A DNA stretch of 32,000 nt from Thermoproteus tenax Kra 1 (lineage in GTDB: Archaea; Thermoproteota; Thermoprotei; Thermoproteales; Thermoproteaceae): the NCBI RefSeq assembly GCF_000253055.1, contig NC_016070.1, positions 990,001 through 1,022,000 of the forward strand, given 5' to 3'. The translations under genes and the position numbers were made by a program. Below, in pieces: positions 25,469 through 32,000 of the stretch; the stretch's first letter is position 1; the number at the start of each line of letters is the position of its first letter. The notes below the pieces were generated by a model, which was not told the DNA's origin, did not search any database, and saw nothing but the letters and a program-made list of their open reading frames with translations.

Positions 25469-26974
25469 ATGAGGGCTGGTTTACTAGAGGGCGTAATAAA
25501 GGAAAAAGGCGGCGTCCCCGTCTACCCCTCCTATTTGGCAGGCGAATGGGGCGGCTCTGGGCAGGAGATAGAGGTGAAAAGCCCCATAGATCTAGCGACC
25601 ATAGCTAAGGTGATTTCGCCAAGCCGTGAGGAGGTTGAGCGGACTTTGGATGTCCTTTTCAAGAGGGGCCGTTGGTCCGCCAGAGATATGCCGGGGACGG
25701 AGAGGTTGGCGGTTCTCAGGAAAGCCGCCGACATAATAGAGAGGAACCTCGACGTCTTTGCCGAAGTCCTAGTAATGAACGCGGGGAAGCCCAAGTCGGC
25801 CGCTGTAGGCGAGGTGAAAGCGGCTGTGGACAGGTTAAGGCTTGCCGAGCTCGATCTTAAGAAAATCGGCGGAGATTATATACCCGGCGATTGGACCTAC
25901 GACACGCTTGAGACAGAGGGGCTTGTGAGAAGAGAGCCCTTGGGCGTAGTGGCCGCGATAACGCCGTTTAATTATCCTTTGTTTGACGCTGTAAACAAGA
26001 TCACGTATTCATTCATATACGGAAACGCGGTTGTCGTCAAGCCGTCGATATCAGACCCGCTCCCCGCCGCGATGGCTGTCAAGGCTTTGTTGGACGCCGG
26101 CTTCCCCCCCGACGCTATAGCTCTGCTCAATCTGCCTGGCAAAGAAGCTGAGAAGATCGTGGCCGACGATAGAGTGGCCGCTGTTAGTTTCACGGGAAGC
26201 ACTGAGGTCGGCGAAAGGGTGGTCAAAGTTGGCGGAGTGAAGCAGTACGTGATGGAGCTAGGAGGCGGAGACCCGGCGATAGTCCTCGAAGACGCCGATC
26301 TAGATCTGGCGGCCGACAAAATAGCGAGAGGAATATACAGCTACGCTGGCCAGAGGTGCGATGCGATAAAGCTCGTCCTAGCCGAGAGACCCGTCTACGG
26401 GAAGCTGGTCGAGGAGGTGGCCAAGCGGCTCTCCTCTCTACGGGTGGGCGACCCCAGAGATCCCACGGTGGACGTAGGCCCCTTAATCAGCCCTTCAGCC
26501 GTAGACGAGATGATGGCGGCGATAGAGGACGCTGTTGAAAAGGGCGGGAGAGTTCTAGCCGGCGGCAGGAGGCTAGGGCCTACCTATGTCCAGCCTACGC
26601 TCGTGGAAGCCCCGGCCGACAGAGTAAAAGACATGGTGTTGTATAAACGCGAGGTCTTCGCGCCTGTGGCGCTCGCCGTCGAGGTAAAAGATTTAGACCA
26701 AGCGATTGAGCTGGCCAACGGCAGACCCTACGGCCTCGACGCAGCCGTATTCGGCAGAGATGTCGTCAAAATCAGAAGGGCGGTCCGCCTATTAGAGGTA
26801 GGCGCGATCTACATCAACGATATGCCGAGACACGGCATAGGCTATTACCCATTCGGCGGCCGGAAGAAAAGCGGAGTATTCAGAGAGGGCATCGGCTACG
26901 CCGTAGAGGCGGTAACCGCTTATAAGACCATAGTGTTCAATTACAAGGGGAAGGGCGTCTGGAAATACGAATAA
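25469..26974 (+). CDS. gapN: Non-phosphorylating glyceraldehyde-3-phosphate dehydrogenase (GAPN, ALDH superfamily)
   Basis: 501 aa. ALDH catalytic Glu (MELGGGDP) and Cys (GQRCDAIK). The sequence from [27 protein letters not shown] onward matches my memory of T. tenax GAPN. Confidence 0.95.
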   Translation: MRAGLLEGVIKEKGGVPVYPSYLAGEWGGSGQEIEVKSPIDLATIAKVISPSREEVERTLDVLFKRGRWSARDMPGTERLAVLRKAADIIERNLDVFAEVLVMNAGKPKSAAVGEVKAAVDRLRLAELDLKKIGGDYIPGDWTYDTLETEGLVRREPLGVVAAITPFNYPLFDAVNKITYSFIYGNAVVVKPSISDPLPAAMAVKALLDAGFPPDAIALLNLPGKEAEKIVADDRVAAVSFTGSTEVGERVVKVGGVKQYVMELGGGDPAIVLEDADLDLAADKIARGIYSYAGQRCDAIKLVLAERPVYGKLVEEVAKRLSSLRVGDPRDPTVDVGPLISPSAVDEMMAAIEDAVEKGGRVLAGGRRLGPTYVQPTLVEAPADRVKDMVLYKREVFAPVALAVEVKDLDQAIELANGRPYGLDAAVFGRDVVKIRRAVRLLEVGAIYINDMPRHGIGYYPFGGRKKSGVFREGIGYAVEAVTAYKTIVFNYKGKGVWKYE

Positions 26975-27325
26975 GCCCCCCGCCGCGATGACCCCCGCCT
27001 TGGCCACGAACTCCACCAACTCCCCCTTCCTCACGTCCAACGCCACCAGGCCGTAGAAGACGTCGTTCTTTACCACCGGCCTCGTGACGATGTGCTCCTC
27101 GTAGAAGTGGATGTTGTGGAAGGACCTGGCGTATCTATACAGCGCGCTCATTATGTAGAAGCTCGCCTTGTCCCTGGCAAACACCGTCCTAGGCTTAGAC
27201 ATACTGCCGAACATCCTCAAGCAGTAGGTCCCATGGGGGTCTCTGCTCCAGGGCACCCCGATGGAGTCCAGGAACTTAACCTCGGCGGGGTCTCCAGAGA
27301 CAGCCGGTGCGTACATCCCCCACAT
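26975..27325 (-). pseudogene. Truncated relic of an SdhA/FrdA/NadB-type FAD flavoprotein
   Basis: The translation aligns by eye to SdhA residues ~120-225. LDSIGVPWSRDPHGTYCLRMFGS matches [42 protein letters not shown] matches HRTCCVADRTGHSLLHTLY. YGLVALDVRKGELVEFVAKAGVIAAGG matches the ...AKNTVIATGG region. The N-terminal FAD-binding part and everything after the ATGG motif are missing. Similarity stops exactly at the gapN stop codon. Confidence 0.5.
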
Positions 27326-27492
27326 AGAGGCTACGGCAGAGTTTAGAGAACCCCTGAAAGAGTAAGACGGATCCTAGCTCAGTCTAAAACCAACGCTATG
27401 CCGGCGTTAGTAAGACGGCGGAGCCGCTGGGGTGCGGCAAGCCGGTTTGGCCAAAGCCCCAGTTTATCCGAAGCCGAGAGTTAAACTTATAG

Positions 27493-27774
27493 ATGAGGTT
27501 CAACTCTGTTGTGGCTAGGCGCGGGACGTCGAGGGCTGTGCTCAAGGTCTATAAGAAGGGGATTGTGGCCCTGCCCAAGGCTCTGAGAGAGGAGGTGGGG
27601 ATCGAAGAGGGCGAGGAGGTCGTGGCGGAGGTCGTCGGGGAGGCTATCGTGTTAAGGCCGCTCAAGCCCAGGGTAGTGGATGTAAGCCCCGAAGAGGTGG
27701 AAAACGCTGTCAAGGAGGAGAAGGAGGAGTGGGACAGAAGGCTAGATGCGCTTAGGAAAGAAGCTGGTACTTGA
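27493..27774 (+). CDS. vapB: AbrB/SpoVT-type antitoxin (VapB-like)
   Basis: VLKVYKKGIVALPKALREEVGIEEGEEVVAEVVGEAIVLRP is a swapped-hairpin AbrB/MazE-type motif, followed by an acidic helical tail. Overlaps the downstream PIN gene. Confidence 0.8.
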   Translation: MRFNSVVARRGTSRAVLKVYKKGIVALPKALREEVGIEEGEEVVAEVVGEAIVLRPLKPRVVDVSPEEVENAVKEEKEEWDRRLDALRKEAGT

Positions 27775-28120
27775 CACAAGCGTACTAGTTGAGCACATCG
27801 TTGCCAGGTCCCCCTTACAAGGGCCTCGTCGAAAACACTTCCGGAGAGCCGCAAGGGGGGAGCTAGAGCTCAACGTAAACGCCGTCACCCTAGCCGAGAC
27901 GCTGTATGTCGCGTCAAGGATCTACAGCACGGCTGGAGTGGAAGACCCCAACGGAGAGGCTAGAAACTTCGTGACGTGGGTCACGAGGAGAGCCGATGTG
28001 CTAGACATAGACATACACACGTCGACCCTAGCCGGAGAGCTCAAAAAAGAGGCTAAAGATAGCGCTCCCGGACTTATTGCAGTCCGGATATCTGTGTATG
28101 TTGGGGTGCACTTTGTTTAA
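27746..28120 (+). CDS. vapC: PIN-domain ribonuclease toxin (VapC-like), C-terminus possibly degenerate
   Basis: KKLVLDTSVLVEHI (first acidic residue) and AVTLAETLYV (second). Overlaps vapB by 29 nt. The last ~25 residues do not show the usual final acidic motif. Confidence 0.7.
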   Translation: MRLGKKLVLDTSVLVEHIVARSPLQGPRRKHFRRAARGELELNVNAVTLAETLYVASRIYSTAGVEDPNGEARNFVTWVTRRADVLDIDIHTSTLAGELKKEAKDSAPGLIAVRISVYVGVHFV

Positions 28121-28292
28121 ACTTTTGCGGCGTGGCGGACGAGGGGGTTGGCCTTTTGTGGCTTTACTCGGCGGCGGCCGGCTACCGTCGGGCTGCTTCG
28201 GGTGTGTCTCATTGGGGCCTGGGATTGTGGAGGTTGGGCCGTCTGGACACCGCCGTGGCTGCTGTGTCGGTCTTGACGTGGGACATGTTGGG

Positions 28293-29618
28293 CTACGCCG
28301 TTTTGATCTCGACCACGTGGGGCGTCTTCAACATCGCCAGGAGTAGGGGGGCTGGGATGACGTCGTCGTCGGCTTCGTCTCTGCTGACGTATATGAACCT
28401 CTTGATTCTGCCGACGGCCCTCCATCCGCCTTTTCTTATTCTGCCGTATTTGACCTCGACGCCCCAGAGCTCTCCGTCTACCTCCGCCACTAGGTCGACC
28501 TCGCCGTTGAGCTTTAGGTAGTAGAGCTTGTAGAGGCGGGCCAGGTGGGCCGCCACGGCGGCCTCCGCCATCTTCGCCTCGTCCGGCGGGGCGGCGCCTA
28601 CCCACTTGGAGAATGAGTGGTATATGAAGGGATCCAGGAGGTAGAACTTCCTCAGCTTTCTGGGCATGGGGAGGCCCGTGTTTGGATCCACGGCTTCGAC
28701 GGTCTTCAGCAGGTGGAGCTTCTCCAGGAGGCCGACGTAGCTAACCGCCGTCTTGACGGTGCCGACGCCGTAGTCGCGCGAGATGGTGTGGAAGCTGAAC
28801 TCCGAGGAGGCCCTCTCGATTATGGCCCGGACCGTCAGCTTGAAGAACGTCTCGCTTCTCCGTAGCTTGTAGATATCGCTGGAGATGCTGCCGACGAAGT
28901 CAAACGCCGTCTCCTGCGAAACGGCGCCTCTCGTGAAGAAGTCCCTGACTGCGTTGGGGAAGCCCCCGACGGCGAGGAAGTATCTAAACAGCTCGGAGAG
29001 CCTCGGCAGTAGGCCGAGGTATCTGTGGAAGTTGTCTACGACGAACCTCAAGTCGCCGGTGGGGATCTCCACCCCGAACAGCCTTACAAACATGGAGAAG
29101 GGGAGGGGGTGCATCACGAGGACTTTCCCAAGGCCCCTCCTCCCGGGGAAGGTCTCCGCCTCCCCCTTGGCGCTTATTGTCAGAGAGCCGGTGAGTATGA
29201 GCACGTCGTTTTCGAAATCCCCCCTGTCTATCCGGTATTTGACAGCCCTAAACCACTCCCGCGGGTAGGTCACCTCGTCCAGCACAATCACCGACGAGCT
29301 CACGCCGGCTCTACGCCTGAACTCGAGGTACCTAGACAAGACCCTGTCCAGCTCTCTATAGTCGGCCAGCTTGTCGCAGGCGAAGTAGAAGACCCCCCTG
29401 GGGTCGGTCCCCCCATCTAGAAGCCTTTTTATGAGCAGGATAAGCGCAGTCGACTTGCCCACCTGCCTCGGCCCAAACACGATGTTTAGAGAATAGGGCT
29501 TGAGAGAGACCGGCAGCTCTACGTCCCAACGCACGGGCGAGGACAGATACCTCCTGTAGTAGGCGTTCTCCCTGATCAACTCCGGCGAGATCCACCATGG
29601 GTTCTGCTCCTCTATCAT
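28293..29618 (-). CDS. AAA_14 ATPase with C-terminal DUF4143 (PD-(D/E)xK-like) domain
   Basis: N-terminal NPWW motif, Walker A GPRQVGKST and Walker B VIVLDEVTY. The C-terminal GEVDLVAEVDGELWGVEVKYG has a nuclease-like D...E.K pattern. TATA-like TGTTTTTAAG lies about 25 nt upstream. Confidence 0.85.
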   Translation of the reverse strand: MIEEQNPWWISPELIRENAYYRRYLSSPVRWDVELPVSLKPYSLNIVFGPRQVGKSTALILLIKRLLDGGTDPRGVFYFACDKLADYRELDRVLSRYLEFRRRAGVSSSVIVLDEVTYPREWFRAVKYRIDRGDFENDVLILTGSLTISAKGEAETFPGRRGLGKVLVMHPLPFSMFVRLFGVEIPTGDLRFVVDNFHRYLGLLPRLSELFRYFLAVGGFPNAVRDFFTRGAVSQETAFDFVGSISSDIYKLRRSETFFKLTVRAIIERASSEFSFHTISRDYGVGTVKTAVSYVGLLEKLHLLKTVEAVDPNTGLPMPRKLRKFYLLDPFIYHSFSKWVGAAPPDEAKMAEAAVAAHLARLYKLYYLKLNGEVDLVAEVDGELWGVEVKYGRIRKGGWRAVGRIKRFIYVSRDEADDDVIPAPLLLAMLKTPHVVEIKTA

Positions 29619-29893
29619 GTGTACTCAGACTCCACAGAGACTTAAAAACATTGTAGACTGAAAGTAAACATAGCTGACAAGACATGCTCTGGCCCGGATG
29701 GGGAGACTCATCGATCTGCTGCGGTGAAAAGAGCTGTTCCGACGAAGGGGGCCGCCCGGCCCCACGGCCCGGCGCCGGGAGGTTGGATGCCGAGGAAGGG
29801 GCAAGCCGGGGGCGCGACGTCAGCGGTAGCCGCCTGGCGACAGGCAGAAAACGGTCTGGCGCCAAGCTTATAACTTCTACATACAGGGGCGTT

Positions 29894-30376
29894 GTGGGAG
29901 TTTTGCCTAAACCTTGGTTCGACTTGGCAGGGTACAGGAGGGTGAGGCTTGAGGAGGCTAGGGCTGAGGCTGAGCTGGCTAGAAAGTTCCTTGAGCAGGG
30001 CCTGTTGCGGAACGCCGCCGGTAAGGCGCTTCAAGCATGGAAGGCTCTGGTGGCGGCGCTTGCCGCAGAGAGGAGGGAGGAGCTGGCCAAGCTCTACCCT
30101 GGCAAGGTCAGGCTGAGGGGCAGGGGGGCTAGGGTCGACAGAGTAGACTGGATTATTGCAGTTATGCCTACGACGTACCTCAAGGAGGTGGCCATGGCGA
30201 TAGGGGGGAGGGTAGACGCCTTGACGGACAAGGCGCTCTGGATACACCAGTGTCAGTACAACGGGCCCGACCCCGAGGGGGTGTTGAGCCCCTACAGGAG
30301 CGACGAGATGGCGAGGAGAGACGTCGAAACGCTGTTGCGCGGCATCGAGGAGATCCTCTCGTCGCTGGGCCTCTAG
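29894..30376 (+). CDS. PaREP1 family protein (all-helical)
   Basis: ARKFLEQGLLRNAAGKALQAWKALVAALAA...DALTDKALWIHQCQYNG matches my memory of the archaeal PaREP1/PaREP8 family. I prefer the GTG at 29894 (160 aa) because CTTATAAC (29868-29875) is about 23 nt upstream. The 70 upstream codons of the ORF track are Arg/Gly/Pro-rich. Confidence 0.7.
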   Translation: MGVLPKPWFDLAGYRRVRLEEARAEAELARKFLEQGLLRNAAGKALQAWKALVAALAAERREELAKLYPGKVRLRGRGARVDRVDWIIAVMPTTYLKEVAMAIGGRVDALTDKALWIHQCQYNGPDPEGVLSPYRSDEMARRDVETLLRGIEEILSSLGL

Positions 30377-30452
30377 GGTAGGAAACGGCCAGCTCTCCAA
30401 CAACTTTTGAAGGTCTTGATCTGTTGATTCCCCCGGCGCCCGATCTCTCCCG

Positions 30453-30689
30453 CTATATAGACAGAGAGCCCATATCTTTATGACCCCTCCCCGCCCTAAG
30501 GGGCGAGGCTTTCGGTTGTAAATGAGTGGTTGATGGTAGCCGGTGATGTAGAAGGTTCTGCCCTTCTCCACCCCCCGCAATCTCCACAGACATCCTCGTG
30601 CCGTTGCTGTACTCCAGGTCCAGCCACCCCATGGCGAAGTCCCTGGCCCCTGTGGCTACTAGATACCACCCATGTCCCCTATATATCAA
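30453..30689 (-). CDS. Hypothetical small protein (78 aa), possibly frameshifted; its 3' end reads through repeat copy 2
   Basis: TATA-like GGTATATCG lies about 22 nt upstream. The N-terminal 40 aa (MIYRGHGWYLVATGARDFAMGWLDLEYSNGTRMSVEIAGG) look protein-like. After a G6 run the other frame (VEKGRTFYITGYHQPLIYN) looks more protein-like than the in-frame continuation. Confidence 0.3.
   Translation of the reverse strand: MIYRGHGWYLVATGARDFAMGWLDLEYSNGTRMSVEIAGGGEGQNLLHHRLPSTTHLQPKASPLRAGRGHKDMGSLSI
30480..30521 (+). repeat. 42-bp repeat, copy 2 (ATGACCCCTCCCCGCCCTAAGGGGCGAGGCTTTCGGTTGTAA)
   Basis: 38/42 identical to 23020-23061 on the same strand. GCTATATAGAC (30452-30462) lies about 23 nt upstream of its first base. 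Confidence 0.9.
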
Positions 30690-30908
30690 GCTCCCGTTCC
30701 AGTACTCGATATACCTATGGTATAGTTCAGCATCGTGTTGTTGAAGACAAATTTACAAGTCCACGGCGGCGCCTCAACTACCGAGAAGCGTACTGAGACT
30801 GGCAGGAGGAATAGTATGAACACCATGAGGAAGACTATCACGAGATAGGGATTGTTACGGTTCAGATACCCATAGAGGTCAGGGATTGTTTTTTAAAAGA
30901 AGAGGACG

Positions 30909-31619
30909 TTATATGCCGTAGTTCTTTATCACCACTTTTCCCAGGGCGGCGGCCAACTTGGCTATCTGCTGGAGGTGGCTTGAGGGTGGGTTGCAGTATT
31001 GTCTACACCACTGGGAGTCTCTTGGGTCTGTGGTGGGTGGGCCGAGGAGCGGCTGTATCACCACCGTGACCTCGGTCTCCGCTAGGGCGTTGCCTACCTC
31101 CTCTATCCTTTTTGCATAGGTCTCTAGGGGGAGGTTCGCGACAGGGATTCTGAGCTCGATGGGGATTTTTCTGCCTGAGACGGCTTTTAAGGAGGTGAGG
31201 AAGTTCTGCCACAGCTGTTGCCAGTGTGGAACGCCGTACATCTGGTCCGGTATTTTTAGGTCTGTGGCTAGGTGGTCTACCTCGTCTATAACTTTTTCTA
31301 GGGCTTTGGTGAGGGTGGCATTGGTGTTGAGGCTTCTGGCTACGCCGGCTTCCCCAGCCCTTTTGAAGAGGTGTCTCAGCTCCTCCGCTTGTAGCAGGGG
31401 CTCTCCGCCAGTGACGTGTAGGTAGTCTATGTAGGGCTTGGCGCGGGCGAGCTCGTCCAGGAGCCTCTCCACGTCTAGCTCGCCGCAGTTCTGTCGCTCG
31501 GCTATCCTCCAGTTGTGGCAGAAGGGGCATCTTAGGTTGCACCCGCAGAGCCAGAGGGTGAAGGTCACTGCGCCGTTGACGTCGACTGTGGATATGCCCT
31601 TCCAGCCGGCGGCCAACAT
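30909..31619 (-). CDS. nrdG: Anaerobic ribonucleoside-triphosphate reductase activating protein (radical SAM)
   Basis: 236 aa starting MLAAGWKGISTVD. CNLRCPFCHNW radical-SAM cluster motif. The start overlaps the nrdD stop (TAATG at 31617-31621). The 110 extra codons of the ORF track run inside nrdD in another frame. Confidence 0.85.
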   Translation of the reverse strand: MLAAGWKGISTVDVNGAVTFTLWLCGCNLRCPFCHNWRIAERQNCGELDVERLLDELARAKPYIDYLHVTGGEPLLQAEELRHLFKRAGEAGVARSLNTNATLTKALEKVIDEVDHLATDLKIPDQMYGVPHWQQLWQNFLTSLKAVSGRKIPIELRIPVANLPLETYAKRIEEVGNALAETEVTVVIQPLLGPPTTDPRDSQWCRQYCNPPSSHLQQIAKLAAALGKVVIKNYGI

Positions 31620-32000
31620 TAGTAATGCCTCCTGAGCCAGAACTCCCTCCTCCTGTACGGGTTCCAGTTCTTGAGAGGTCTGTAGTAGCCGATTATGCGG
31701 CTCCACACCTCCACGCCCTCGTAGCCGCAGGACGGGCACCTCTTGTAGAGCCCGGTGTAGGTCCTGCCGCAGCGGGGGCAGTGGGTCTGGGCTGGGGTGA
31801 AGCTCCAGTAGACCACCTCTGTCTCTGTTATCCTCCTGGCTAGCTTGGCCAAGGCCTCGGGGTCCGGCTCCTCTCCTAGGAATATGTGCATCATGACGCC
31901 GCCGGTGAACTCCCTCTGCACCTTGGCCTCCACCTCCACCCTCTCCCACAGCTCCATGGGGGCGTAGTAGGGGGCTACGGAGGTGCTGTATATGAGGTCT
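31619..32000 (-). CDS. nrdD: Anaerobic ribonucleoside-triphosphate reductase (class III RNR), C-terminal part; the gene continues beyond the window
   Basis: Zn-ribbon CPRCG...CPSCG followed by the glycyl-radical motif SRIIGYYRP. The reading frame stays open up to position 32000. Confidence 0.85.
   Translation of the reverse strand, partial: DLIYSTSVAPYYAPMELWERVEVEAKVQREFTGGVMMHIFLGEEPDPEALAKLARRITETEVVYWSFTPAQTHCPRCGRTYTGLYKRCPSCGYEGVEVWSRIIGYYRPLKNWNPYRRREFWLRRHY

Noticed and set aside
27326-27492. A complete tRNA gene around the TAGCTCAGTCT motif
   Set aside because: I could not find a D-stem closure (GAGC), an anticodon arm, a GTTCRAATC T-loop or a complementary 3' acceptor. I report it only as a tRNA-like fragment.
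28132-28521. 129-aa plus-strand ORF, and ORF 28077..28346, in the vapC/ATPase convergent region
   Set aside because: They are translations of a G+T-skewed spacer and of the antisense strand of the DUF4143 ATPase 3' end. They have no family resemblance and no promoter.
29708-30580. 290-aa minus-strand ORF
   Set aside because: It runs antisense to the PaREP1 gene, is Pro/Arg/Gly/Leu-rich and matches no family. It is the typical long shadow ORF of GC-rich DNA. Only its first ~20 codons may belong to the frameshifted small gene at 30453-30689.
1-32000. CRISPR arrays, rRNA genes, IS elements, transposases and integrases
   Set aside because: I saw no regularly spaced direct repeats and no rRNA-like conserved blocks. 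No ORF has transposase or integrase motifs. The only repeat pair is the 42-mer.

Overview
GC-rich crenarchaeal chromosome segment of Thermoproteales type. From memory, the KD(P)G aldolase and GAPN protein sequences match Thermoproteus tenax; I could not run a search to confirm this. Genes are tightly packed. Most first-in-unit start codons lie 20-27 nt downstream of an AT-rich TATA-like box, which implies leaderless mRNAs. Genes inside operons overlap as ATGA or TAATG. I used these two patterns to shorten several over-long ORF-track models. Left part (1-8.4 kb): a five-gene Liv-type ABC transporter, an MFS transporter and a MoeA-PBP fusion. Middle (8.4-22.7 kb): a beta-hydroxyacid dehydrogenase, an Lrp / small ORF / stand-alone RAM / class-II amidotransferase unit and a DUF151 nuclease. 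It also holds the Entner-Doudoroff cluster gad | kdgA-kdgK-gaa, uppP, a RadA-family paralog, an ACS-type MFS transporter, small membrane proteins and an MBL hydrolase. Right part (23.0-30.5 kb): a mosaic segment bracketed by two same-strand copies of a 42-bp repeat. It contains a membrane protein, an archaeal STAND-like ATPase, about 0.8 kb of non-coding DNA, gapN and a truncated SdhA/FrdA-like flavoprotein relic that ends exactly at the gapN stop codon. It also contains a tRNA-like scrap, vapBC, an AAA_14/DUF4143 ATPase-nuclease and a PaREP1 protein. The window ends with nrdG and the 3' part of nrdD. I saw no rRNA, complete tRNA, CRISPR array, transposase or integrase. Three intergenic 48-49 nt units have C/D-box sRNA architecture (GTGATGA ... 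CTGA). Several GC-rich intergenic stretches look structured. The most interesting candidates are the repeat-bracketed mosaic segment, with its recombination scar at gapN, and the uncharacterised ATPase-nuclease / PaREP1 / VapBC cluster inside it.
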